A stretch of 63,850 nt of DNA, filler included, from Octopus bimaculoides (Eukaryota): the NCBI RefSeq assembly GCF_001194135.2. It is 6 parts of 6 records of this genome, joined end to end, with 100 filler letters (N's around TTAATTAATTAA, not from the genome) between each part and the next. Parts side by side here need not be neighbours in the genome. Positions count along the whole stretch, not along the records: positions 49,802 to 52,718 come from NC_068983.1; positions 52,819 to 59,169 come from NC_068998.1; positions 59,270 to 62,610 come from NC_068990.1; 3 more parts are not named here. One strand, 5' to 3'. Below, piece by piece: positions 51,492 to 62,610 of the stretch. The position numbers were made by a program, and so were the translations under genes. Position 1 is the stretch's first letter, and every line of letters begins with the position of its first letter. The notes beneath the pieces were generated by a model. The model saw nothing but the letters and a program-made list of their open reading frames with translations, did no database searches and was not told the origin of the DNA.

Positions 51492-52384
51492 TATATATTG
51501 ATATATATGTAATATAAAGAAAATGGTGAGTATAAACACAGAAAAATATCAATTTATTTATATAATAGTCAATTTCATGTCGCCTACGCATGTTTCAATT
51601 CTCAACTTCATTCATATTTTGCAATTAAAATTGCATTATAAATTTAAATGATAAATATATCTTCAGGGAAAAATTGACATATGTTTCTATATATTTATTT
51701 ACATTGTAATTAGATGGAGAGCTCCTTAAATACTAAATAGCAGTATGTGTGTGTGTGTTCATGTATGTCAGCATGTGTGGCTTCGGATTCCATTCTAAAG
51801 CATAGCAAGAGGTTAAACTACGTCCATAGTGGGCAATGGCGAGTTGCAGTCTTGAAGAACTAGGTCATATACTATTCACCCTTACTGAAATTTAGATAGT
51901 TTTGTTTTAGAGGCTGCCTGCCACTCTCCTTATTCACATGTCAGAAGAATAAAAAGCAAAAATACAAATAAAAATATATACAAGTATCCAAATCTATATA
52001 ATTAATTAACTTCTACTTATTTAATTGTGAGAATTTCAATTTTTATTATTACAATTGTTTATTTATTTAAATGTGTTAGTTTTATTTGTTGATTGTTTGG
52101 GTTATTATATATATTTAAAAATTAATCTTTATGTATTTTTAGTAGAGGTACTATTCACTATATATCACATGTATGGAGCTAGATTATTTCCAAATAGTGG
52201 GAGTGCGTTTCACTTTAAGATTTGTTCCTATGTTTATCTTAATTTTATCATTCACGGAGTGTTTATTTAAATATACTTTATTATCTAAAACCTCTTAAAT
52301 ATAAACACACACACACATATATATACATATATATTCCTTTTCCTTATGAGTATAGTAAGCTCTCTATCCCTCATTTATTTAATA

Positions 52385-52420
52385 CTAGTAGAAATACACG
52401 GCTTTGCCCGGGTTAAAGAG
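52385..52420 (-). mobile_element. Helitron-type 3' terminus
   Basis: Minus strand ACCCGG-GCAAAG-CCGTGT hairpin (5 of 6 pairs), then ATTTCTA-CTAG|T, the hairpin-plus-CTAG end typical of Helitrons. Confidence 0.6.
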
Positions 52421-52818
52421 AATAATGAAATCTAAAAACGCCGTCTAGACTACGCAACCCTCAACTGTTAGTAGCTACGATACCATATTTCTACCTTAAT
52501 AACTCTCCAATCCATGCCAGCATGGAACATAGACATTAAGTGGAATGCTAGAAGAAAGTTTTCAACTCATATCTATATAAAGTAAATACACGTAATTCAG
52601 AAACATGTTTTGTGTATTTTATTTCGTAACCAAACAAACAGGTACAGATTATAAATAATGAAAGGCCAATTTTGGTGATTCATTTGACAGAGGTAGTAGA
52701 GAGACAATGTGATGATAANNNNNNNNNNNNNNNNNNNNNNNNNNNNNNNNNNNNNNNNNNNNTTAATTAATTAANNNNNNNNNNNNNNNNNNNNNNNNNN
52801 NNNNNNNNNNNNNNNNNN

Positions 52819-52922
52819 GTTTAAGAAACCATAAGAAAATTATGTTTGCTTTAAAATTTGAGATCACATAGACAGTATTTTACGTAGGATATGGGCGGTT
52901 CCCATGAGCACTATCTTTTGTG
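52819..52922 (-). pseudogene. 5'-truncated R4/Dong-clade element, extreme C-terminus
   Basis: QKIVLMGTAHILRKILSM* (52920-52864) matches the QK..LLGTA.ILRK end of R4/Dong ORFs. It starts directly at a (TAA)n run (52923-52976). Confidence 0.75.
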
Positions 52923-52943
52923 TTATTATTATTGTTATTATTA

Positions 52944-52977
<34 letters not shown>

Positions 52978-53167
52978 GGGTTTGGCAGTCATTAGAACCT
53001 TAGAAAAATTACTTTAGAGTATTAGTTCCTGTTTTCAGCATTACTTGGTTCAGGATCCTCCTGAGCTAAATTTTGCCTGTCATCTTTCTGGGGCACAAGG
53101 GTCAGCGTCATTGACTGTTCCCCTCCGCCTCAAATTTCTAGTCTTGTGCTTCTCTTTACTGTTTAAG

Positions 53168-53365
53168 GGCACTGGGCTTGCAGAATCACTGGAGCATCGG
53201 AGAAAATACCTTGTGTTATTCTATTATCGCTCTTTATATGTTTTGAGTCAGAATCCCACCGAAATCAACTTTGCCTTACATGCTTTTGGAGTTAAGGAAA
53301 TAATGTACCAGTTAAGTACCTCTATTCTAGGGACTGATTTCATTGACTATCTACTTTCTCCAAGC
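53168..53365 (+). mobile_element. SINE family A, strongly diverged
   Basis: TTTTGAGTCAGAATCCCACCGAAATCAACTTTGCCTTACATGCTTTTGGAG...AATGTACCAGTTAAGTAC. Further 3' halves lie at 53090-53152 and 53757-53855. Confidence 0.65.
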
Positions 53366-54298
53366 CTCTTTTTTTTTATCTTCCTCCAATTCTCAAATAA
53401 GCCTGCCTCCCTCATTCCAGTTCTTCCCAAGTAAGCAGTCTTTCCTTTCTCTTTTTCCCCTCATTTCAGCTTTTCCTGAGTAAAGTCTCTGCCTTCACTC
53501 CAGTTCATCTCATGCTGGCCGTCTTCTCTCATTCTAGCTTTTTTCAATTAAGCCCTACAATAATTCTATCATTCCACTGCCCTTATAAAATAATAATAGT
53601 AATAGTATCAATGATAATAATAATAGTAATTATAATAATATTAATAATAATAGTAATAATTAAAATAATAATTGCAGCAGCAATTTTAATGTAATTCTTT
53701 TAAGCCATAAGAATTTATTTTGTGTTTTTGGATGTCCTGAGATATTTTGTGATCAGTCGGGGGTCAATAAATTAAGTACCAGTCAAGTACTGGGGTCAAT
53801 ATGATTGAGAACTCCCCTCATCCATATTTCAGGCCTTGTGCCTATATCAGGAAAAATAGCAAAAACATTTTTTTAATAACAACTCATAATAATAATTATT
53901 ATTATTATAATTATACTAACAATAGTTAATGTTTATTGATGAGCTAATGAGGTTGCTCAACTTGCTAGAAATAATAGCCAAATCTCCCTCAAATTTCCAT
54001 CGTACTGTCTTGAAAGAGAAATGATGCTTTGTATAATGTAGTTCTAGAAACACTATGTCTAAATAACAGACAACAATACTACTACTACTACTATTAATAA
54101 TAATAATAATAATGATCCTTTCTTTATAAGCCACAAGGTCTGACAAAAATAAGATATAATAATAATGGTTTATTTCACCATTTGTATGTGTGTGTCTGCA
54201 ATTGTATATGATTGTGCCTCCTCATCTTGATATGATGTGATAGCTGTAAATGAGACTCACCAGCATACAAGCAGTGTCCGGTTCAGCTGTTTACTAGC

Positions 54299-54356
<58 letters not shown>

Positions 54357-54605
54357 TGTTATTCTTTNNNNNNNNNNNNNNNNNNNNNNNNNNNNNNNNN
54401 NNNNNNNNNNNNNNNNNNNNNNNNNNNNNNNNNNNNNNNNNNNNNNNNNNNNNNNNNNNNNNNNNNNNNNNNNNNNNNNNNNNNNNNNNNNNNNNNNNNN
54501 NNNNNNNNNNNNNNNNNNNNNNNNNNNNNNNNNNNNNNNNNNNNNNNNNNNNNNNNNNNNNNNNNNNNNNNNNNNNNNNNNNNATATATATATATATATA
54601 TATAT

Positions 54606-54775
54606 ACCACGGGCTTCTTTCAGTTTCCGTCTACCAAATCAAATCCACTTACAAGGCTTTAGTTGGCCTGAGGCTATAGTAGAAGACACTTACCCAAGGT
54701 GCCACGCAGTGGGACTGAACCCAGGACCATGTGATTGGTAAGCAAGCTACTTACCACACAGCCACTCCTGCACCT
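54606..54775 (-). mobile_element. tRNA-derived CORE-type SINE, family C
   Basis: Minus strand AGGTGCAGGAGTGGCTGTGTGGTAAG head, GGGTTCAGTCCC B-box-like, GGCACCTTGGGTAAGTGTCTT CORE-like. Confidence 0.85.
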
Positions 54776-55389
54776 ATATATATATATATATATCTTTCAT
54801 GAAAATGTAATATATAAAAAAAAACCCCATCCACCTTCAAATTCACGAAAAAATTGTTTTCCTTCCCTTCTGCTCTCTTTCTTTCTCATGGCATACATAA
54901 TCGCTACAACCAATAGTAACCAACATCGGTTTACTTTGCTCAGCCCATCATCATCATCATCGTCGTCAAACCGAACAGACTGCTGAGATGATGAGCTTAT
55001 TGATGATGGACTGAACAATACATCGATACATTGCCATGCATGCACACTCACCCAGAGAAATTGATTTATTGGTGACTCACAACTAGTGTTCAACACGCAC
55101 ACGCACACACGTGTGTGTATGTGTATATGTGAGTATGTATAGTGTATGGTCATGTGACAGTAGTATGAAGTATGAATTATATATTTTACATAGCGCTAAC
55201 GTGATCTGGTATGAAACTCAGCATGCTTATTTTGTCAAAGTTGATAGTCTACTCTGAGTTTTACTCTTAGCTGGGCTATATACATGACTGAACAACCCAG
55301 CTAAGGATAAAAACTCAGAGCAGACTATCAGACTAACAACTTTGATATAATAAATATGTATATAATATTGTATATATGGGAGTGAATAT

Positions 55390-55441
<52 letters not shown>

Positions 55442-55754
55442 GGTATTTGTATAACTGCAAATAATATCAATGCCTAATCTTGTTGGTTGGGGATTTTAAT
55501 GTTTGTAATTAACACCATTAATGAGTGTTTCTGTGTTTACTTGCTTGTTAATTTTAATTCCATAATTTTTTCTTCTTTTAAATTGTTTATTTAATACACG
55601 AGACTTTGATACAATATATTTTCAGTTGTTTTGTTTTTCTAAATTTCTAACTCTAATTTTACTAATGATATATTATGCTTTTTTTGTATGAGTATTTACT
55701 GATGTGTGTGTGTGTGCATTGATACATGAAGCATTGTCATTTTTACATTCACTC

Positions 55755-57400
55755 TTCCTTGCTTGCATGGGTTGGACAGGTGTTCTCAAGCACAGCATCT
55801 CACCCTTTATTGCTGCCCTTTATCATCTTCAAAAAGCTCAGTTCCCTTGAAATGAGCTTTTTTACATCTTCCTATGTCTTTTCTATCTTCCTGTAACACG
55901 GATTCCTTCCACTTGAATTGCTCGGTGCTTCTTGACTCAGCTGTCAACCTCCTTAAATGTCATGTCTTCACCAACATTGTCGCCCCTCTTATACTCTACA
56001 TCTGATTCCCCTTCTACCCAGGGTTTTTTCCTCTCAGTTTATTCACAAATGAAACATGCTCGCTTCATTTCCTTTCAATCTTTACACATCCACTGCATTC
56101 AGAGCCCTCTTTTTGCTCCAATAGTCACATCCCACTTTATAACACAAGCATCATACAAGCTGCCTTTCATCCAGAGAAAGAATCCCTATATTGCCAGCAG
56201 ATATAAAAACCTCCCTGAACTTTTGCCATGTTTTTCATACTCCAGCTTCAGTGCGTCTAGAAATTTCTTGCCTCCACTGCTGATTAAATCATCAAGGTAA
56301 CAGAAGCTAATAACTAATGCCTGAGACCCTTCCAGGTGTTTGAAAGAATTCATTTCATGAGTATACTGGCTGCTAACCGTGTGCCTGCCGTACACAAAGT
56401 CTTTCTTCTCTATCAGTCTACCTGTGATCTCACTCAATCTCTGGTACACCCATAGTTTACATATAGTACAAAATACAAAGTTCCTACCCACTATTTACTC
56501 CTTTCCTGTGTTCTGATCATGACCACCTTTGATGATAGTAGAGTTGTGTCGTCTTTTCTGCTAACCAGAGCTTTTGTCTTTGCTGGGTTCACTTTGAGAT
56601 TTCTCAATGTTATACTTTGCTTAACCCTTTGGCATTTAATTCAGCCATATTCTACCTGTTTTATGTTTAAACTGACTTGATTCAACCTCTCGCACCTACC
56701 CTACCATGTTGTTCTAAAACTATACAAATACACCAATGAAATCGGGAAGCTACAAGATAATGCACGAGTAATTCAAAACAATGTGAATAAATAAGCTTTA
56801 CATTTGACATTGACAAAGAAATCTGAATACTAAAGGGTTAAACATTTGAAATTTCTTCTCAAATTCTTTCAGGTTTAGCTATGAGAATTTGATCATCAGC
56901 ATACAGGAGCGCCCCACAGGCAGCCTGGCTTTCTAATCTGTTGTGCCCTCTTTTCTGTCATTTTCTTCATATACTCCGTCAGTTTAATGCTTCTGCTGTC
57001 GCTTCTTTTTAACACATCTCGTTTGACCTCCAGGTGTGAGGATAATACCATTCCAGTCATTGCATGGAACAATTCTCTGTACCTGATTGACTCATTGACT
57101 CGCATGTGTTCTACTTCACTGGATATTTTCAGTATCTCAGCGATTCCCCCTTAACAGTTCAGCTGTTTACTAGCTTTCATATCCCTAATCATGCTTTTAA
57201 CAGTCTAATTGTCAACTTTAATAACTGCCCTTTCTTTTGGATCTGCTCAGAGTAGATTTCACTCTCTCCTATGCATTCTCTCCATTGAGCAACCGGTTGC
57301 TGTAGCATTTCCATGTCTCTTTTACTTAGTGTTAGTGAAGGCAAGTACACTACTGTAATATCATACATGCTTCTCCCTAACATATTCTTGATTCGCATTG
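55755..57400 (-). pseudogene. Decayed, internally deleted RTE-clade LINE (family with Cys cluster inside RT)
   Basis: MIRDMKASK...IAEILKIS / RSIKLTEYMK / LLYADDQILIA / EKKFQMFKQ...LKVNPAKTKALVSRK / GRNFVFCTICKLWV...GRL...FVYGR / SFCYLDDLISSGG. Confidence 0.85.
56625..56837. mobile_element. piggyBac-type MITE nested in the RTE
   Basis: TTAA|CCCTTTGGCATT ... AATACTAAAGGG|TTAA (TSDs 56621-56624 and 56838-56841). Removing it restores the RTE frame FQMFKQSI. Confidence 0.88.
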
Positions 57401-57441
57401 ATATACTGCATTACAATCCTCAATATAGTAGTAACCCTTAG

Positions 57442-57655
57442 GGTGGTGAGCTGGCAGAATCGTTAGCACACTGGGCAAAATGCTTAGTGGCATTTCGTCC
57501 ATCTTTACGTTCTGAGTTCAAATTCTGCTATGGTTGACTTTGCCTGTCATCCTTTCAGGGTCGATAAAAATAAGTACCAGTTAAACACTGGGGTCGATGT
57601 AACTGATTTAACCACCTCCCACGGACTCGCTGGCCTTGTGCCAAAATTTGAAACG
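57442..57655 (+). mobile_element. SINE family A, full length, with 20-bp target-site duplication
   Basis: TSD AATATAGTAGTAAC(C/T)CTTAG at 57422-57441 and 57656-57675. A box TGGCAGAATCGTTAG, B box GAGTTCAAATTC. Confidence 0.93.
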
Positions 57656-58849
57656 AATATAGTAGTAACTCTTAGTACGTAGAAACTGGGAGGGAGAGAG
57701 AGAGAGAGAGAGGGGTGGGGAATGAGAAATTGTAAACTGAAACGTACTCCTTGCTGGATGTATTGCCAAGTAGGGTGTGTGTTGGTGGCAGTGGTGGTGG
57801 TGGGGGGGAGAAAATAGACATGGAGGACAACGAAAATAAGAAGCAAGACCAAAACAAAAAAAAAGGGCATAAACAGAGGTCGCCCTTCATCAGCTATCGA
57901 TCTGGAGGTCATGGTGGTTTTACACCTTGAATGTATATGTGAATAAATGTTTGCATCGGTATATATGTGTAAGTGCAGATGTTTATAGCTTTGTATATGT
58001 GTGTATGTTTATATATGTGTATATATATATGTGTGTGTGTGTGTATATATACATATGTATGTCTGTGCATATATGTGTGTGTATATATATATATATATTT
58101 GTGTGTGTATGATTAGTAACTGCGGTATAGATTATTGAAGCAAGGCAAGACATCACATCCACGCAGCAGAATTAAGCTCAATATTGTAAAATTATACACC
58201 CCCCCCCAAAAATCTATTAATCTAATGTTTGTGCTTAAACTTGCTATAATAAACAAATGCAAATGAAGGGGTTCTAATCTGAATTAAGATCATCCACGGG
58301 ATTAGGTTTAGGGCCTTTGTGCTGATCTCTGTATTCATTTTCCATGAACAATTTTGGTTTCCTGGGAAAAATACCTGGCTGGAAATCTAAACATGTTATA
58401 GAATTCAAGGTTATTCCTATTCTGTTACATAGTACTTGTCGTGGTTGTTGAGTCCGACCAAGGTCAGGCCTTGATTGAGTAGACCTAGGATCAGTTACAT
58501 TCAAGCTGTGATCATCCCGTCTTTGTTTAAAGTATAATGTATCCTGGATGCATATGTCTTGATACCTTTTGCTTTGTTTTTTTCATTTTTTTTTTTTTCA
58601 ATTTTGTTTTTTTTTCCAATAGTGGTAGAATGTGATTATGCGGGATATCTAGCTGTCATTTCTAGAAGATTGAGTGATCCACATTGGTGGTATTCCTATA
58701 GTTTGGCACAAAAAAAAAAAAAATTAGAGCCGGAGAGCTAGCTCAAGGGTGAAAAATGTTTTATTTTTTATTTATATTTTCTTTCTTTCCCCGACCCCAT
58801 TTCTTATATTATTCACAGAGAAAATATCCCCTTTTTAATCAAGCTTTAT

Positions 58850-59025
58850 ATTGCTGTTATTTAGATTCAGGTCTGGTCTAACTGAGCTGATCTGTGATCA
58901 AAGACCACACACCTGCAAGACTGATATCTCTATCCTTTCTCTTGTTTCAGATGGTAAGGTGTGATTCAAGGGAGGTTTGGGTGTTATTTCTAGCAGGTCT
59001 AGTGACCATGTAGAAACTCACTTGT
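58850..59025 (+). repeat. Family E/F repeat, internally deleted
   Basis: TTATTTAGATTCAGGTCTGG...GATCTGTGATCAAAGAC followed by GTGTGATTCAAGGGAGGTTTGGGTGTTATTTCTAGCAGGTCTAGTGACC. Confidence 0.6.
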
Positions 59026-59129
59026 ATATAAATGTGTGCATGTGTGTGTGTGCATGTGTGTGTGTGCATGTGTGTGATAGTGACAGTTCTTCTGTGATGA
59101 GATATTGTTGCTTAACAGTTTCTCCAAAG

Positions 59130-59169
<40 letters not shown>

Positions 59170-59423
59170 NNNNNNNNNNNNNNNNNNNNNNNNNNNNNNN
59201 NNNNNNNNNNNNNTTAATTAATTAANNNNNNNNNNNNNNNNNNNNNNNNNNNNNNNNNNNNNNNNNNNNCTTTTAAAATTCCATTTACTTTGTGTGATTT
59301 AAGGGAGATTTGGCTGTTGTTTCTAGCAACTTTCATATTTCTTCCCTTCTACCTGTACACACACTCATTGACTACAATATAACTCATGTTCGTCAATGTT
59401 TGGTAAATATACCACGATTTTCA

Positions 59424-59548
59424 CTAGGGTGTTAGGGTTTTAGGGTTACGGTTAGGGTTAGGATTAGGGTTAGTGTTATGGTTACGGTTTTAGGGTTAGG
59501 GTTTTAGGGTTTAGGGTTAGGTTGGGGGTTTTAGGGTTAGGGTTGGGT
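59424..59548 (+). repeat. Degenerate interstitial (TTAGGG)n-like tract
   Basis: TTAGGG, TTTTAGGG, TTACGG and TTGGG variants over about 125 bp. Confidence 0.9.
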
Positions 59549-59649
59549 AATTGTACAGGTGTTAATCTGAAAAATCACAGAAATGTGAAAACTACCGACC
59601 CTGCCATCTATTATAACTTTTGTTGTTCTTTTTAATATACACATAGATT

Positions 59650-59937
59650 ATGCCTCCAAAGAAGAGAGTTTGCTGGGGAAAGAAAGCAACCGGTTTAGAA
59701 AGACAGCAACAGACTGCAGCAATTCACCACATTCCAGAAGCTCCTTTAAACATAATGCAAAATGGTGCATCAACATCTACTGCCCAATCTGATAGAATTC
59801 TGGCAGAACTGTGTAGCAACAGATCGCCAGCAATTGCTTCATCAGAAATTGCCATGTTACCTCCTGCTAAAAGGGATTACCCTGCTATGTATAATCAGGG
59901 CAGCGCAAAAAGTTGTTTTGCACAAGCATTTCTATAG
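59650..59937 (+). CDS. Uncharacterised 95-aa ORF starting MPPKKR (possible transposon gene start)
   Basis: ATG-initiated, non-repetitive, with basic NLS-like motifs PPKKR and PPAKR. No recognised domain. Confidence 0.3.
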   Translation: MPPKKRVCWGKKATGLERQQQTAAIHHIPEAPLNIMQNGASTSTAQSDRILAELCSNRSPAIASSEIAMLPPAKRDYPAMYNQGSAKSCFAQAFL

Positions 59938-60964
59938 CCAATTAGACGAATGAAATTTACGTATGCTTAATAATGTTATGCAAAACAGCCTTCAGACTTT
60001 CCCTATTAATTTCATCGTCTTTTGAATTATGAACATATTTACATCATAAAGGTTTTTTCGTTGTANNNNNNNNNNNNNNNNNNNNNNNNNNNNNNNNNNN
60101 NNNNNNNNNNNNNNNNNNNNNNNNNNNNNNNNNNNNNNNNNNNNNNNNNNNNNNNNNNNNNNNNNNNNNNNNNNNNNNNNNNNNNNNNNNNNNNNNNNNN
60201 NNNNNNNNNNNNNNNNNNNNNNNNNNNNNNNNNNNNNNNNNNNNNNNNNNNNNNNNNNNNNNNNNNNNNNNNNNNNNNNNNNNNNNNNNNNNNNNNNNNN
60301 NNNNNNNNNNNNNNNNNNNNNNNNNNNNNNNNNNNNNNNNNNNNNNNNNNNNNNNNNNNNNNNNNNNNNNNNNNNNNNNNNNNNNNNNNNNNNNNNNNNN
60401 NNNNNNNNNNNNNNNNNNNNNNNNNNNNNNNNNNNNNNNNNNNNNNNNNNNNNNNNNNNNNNNNNNNNNNNNNNNNNNNNNNNNNNNNNNNNNNNNNNNN
60501 NNNNNNNNNNNNNNNNNNNNNNNNNNNNNNNNNNNNNNNNNNNNNNNNNNNNNNNNNNNNNNNNNNNNNNNNNNNNNNNNNNNNNNNNNNNNNNNNNNNN
60601 NNNNNNNNNNNNNNNNNNNNNNNNNNNNNNNNNNNNNNNNNNNNNNNNNNNNNNNNNNNNNNNNNNNNNNNNNNNNNNNNNNNNNNNNNNNNNNNNNNNN
60701 NNNNNNNNNNNNNNNNNNNNNNNNNNNNNNNNNNNNNNNNNNNNNNNNNNNNNNNNNNNNNNNNNNNNNNNNNNNNNNNNNNNNNNNNNNNNNNNNNNNN
60801 NNNNNNNNNNNNNNNNAATTAGTATATAATTATCATGTTCTCTATTAATAGTTTAGTTCACCATTATATTCTATGTTAATTCCAATCATTCATTTTATCA
60901 GTTTCTTAAACCTTGATGAGTCCATCATTATAAACCATGTAAATCCTATGTATCAATTCTTTAC

Positions 60965-61108
60965 ATTAGTTATATAATAAATTTTATCTCTTATGTGTCC
61001 TTTAAATGATATTAGATATATAAGTTTAATTTTAAAATTAGTTATATAATAAATTTTTTCTCTTATGTGTCCTTTAAATGATATTAGATATATAAGTTTA
61101 ATTTTATA
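60965..61108. repeat. Tandem duplication, 2 x 72 bp
   Basis: ATTAGTTATATAATAAATTTT.TCTCTTATGTGTCCTTTAAATGATATTAGATATATAAGTTTAATTTTA starts at 60965 and again at 61037. Confidence 0.93.
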
Positions 61109-61978
61109 ATTTTAGTCCAGGTTCCTTATACTGGTGTAAATCGGTCTAAATGTACTTTACCGTAGCATTTTAAATTAATACCACTTCATGGTTTTTGCAT
61201 ATTGCATTAATTGATTATTTACATTACTATACACTATTTTTTTATGCCATTATTAATTTATAATTAGCCTTTATTTATTCACATATTAATTAAGCAGATA
61301 TTGGTATCTCAAGTATTTCAAACGTAGCATATGTAAAACAATACTGATACATCATTCTGATTAATGAAAACTATGAATAACCATTTACTGTATCTGTACA
61401 CAATTTAGCAACTTTATTTTATATACTTTTGACCTAGGTGCCTTATGTTAAAACTTCCCCTACTCCATTGTAAACTGGTCTGCTAGTAGAGAAACCCCCC
61501 ACCTATAGTAGTTTCCCACTAAACCCAAAGAAATTTTATAACTATATCATCCATGTTTGCTGTCTACACTGCCTATCCCTTTCCCTTTCCCTACAAGGAA
61601 AATGCTGGTGCCCTCTTAAGCTTTGAATCATTAGGTCTGATAAGATGATCCATAAATCAGAAACAAAAAAACAAATAAAATCAGTAACAGTTAAAAATCT
61701 GTTTAGAATTATTCACTAGCCTGTATGGTCTGGCTAAGTCAAAATGTTTTTTTGTATTCTTCCTTTCTACTTGGAGAGTTTAAATGTAGTTATAAAAATA
61801 TGTCCTTCTGTTGAAATGTAATTTCAGTAAATTTCTATATCCTTGTACAGCTGAGGATTGCTCTGCATTTTACATTTGATGTAATGTTCACATTGCTTAA
61901 ATAAATGGAGTCACATAAAACAATCATACTGCATTAACTTTGGATATCCTTGTTGCTTATTTTGATATATATATATAA

Positions 61979-62610
61979 TTCATTAAAATACAGAGATGCC
62001 TATAATAGGACATCTAACCCGCTAGAAAGAGCAGCAAAAAATTCTATACCACAGATGTCCTTATTATAGGCATCTCTGTATTTTAATGAATAATATATAT
62101 ATAGTCTATTGACTAATTTTTATTCTCGCTGGACCACTGGTGGTAAATTAAATTTCTAAAATTTTTTTTGCTGCCCTATGATTTATTAATGATAATATAT
62201 TTTTGGCTAATTTCTGAAAGAAAATCGGCATTTGTTTTATATTTACTGCCGATAAGTTAAAGCGCACATGCACGGTAAATTTTTGAAAAATTAAGCGTGT
62301 AAACACGGGTCGTGTTTTCCTATGACTCGTGTTTACACGCTTGTTCTTGGTACTCTGCTGAAGATAGTTTCCGAGCGAGGTATATTTTTATCTTGCTAAA
62401 TAACTTGAAACCATGGTACAGAGTATAGACTGGTAAAAGTTTTTATTTTTCATTCTCTTTTGACATTATCCCTATTTTTGTGGTATAGAGTTTTTTTTGC
62501 TGCTCTTTCTAGCGGGTTAGATGTCCTATTATAGGCATCTCTGTATTTTAATGAATAATATATATATAGTCTATTGACTAATTTTTATTCTCGCTGGACC
62601 ACTGGTGGTA
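61979..62610. repeat. Combined inverted and direct duplication
   Basis: 61979-62015 is the reverse complement of 62053-62090. 62053-62145 equals 62519-62610 apart from a 1-bp indel. The spacer 62016-62052 recurs inverted at 62480-62518. Confidence 0.9.
62293..62342 (+). other. 21-bp hairpin with 8-nt loop
   Basis: AAGCGTGTAAACACGGGTCGT-GTTTTCCT-ATGACTCGTGTTTACACGCTT: 19 Watson-Crick and 2 G-U pairs on the + strand. Confidence 0.8.

Noticed and set aside
59424-59548. True chromosome end
   Set aside because: Short, degenerate and flanked by unique sequence on both sides.
61630-61680. CTGATAAGATGATC...AATCAGAAAC hammerhead-like
   Set aside because: Core and stem II are imperfect and there is no GUH triplet afterwards.
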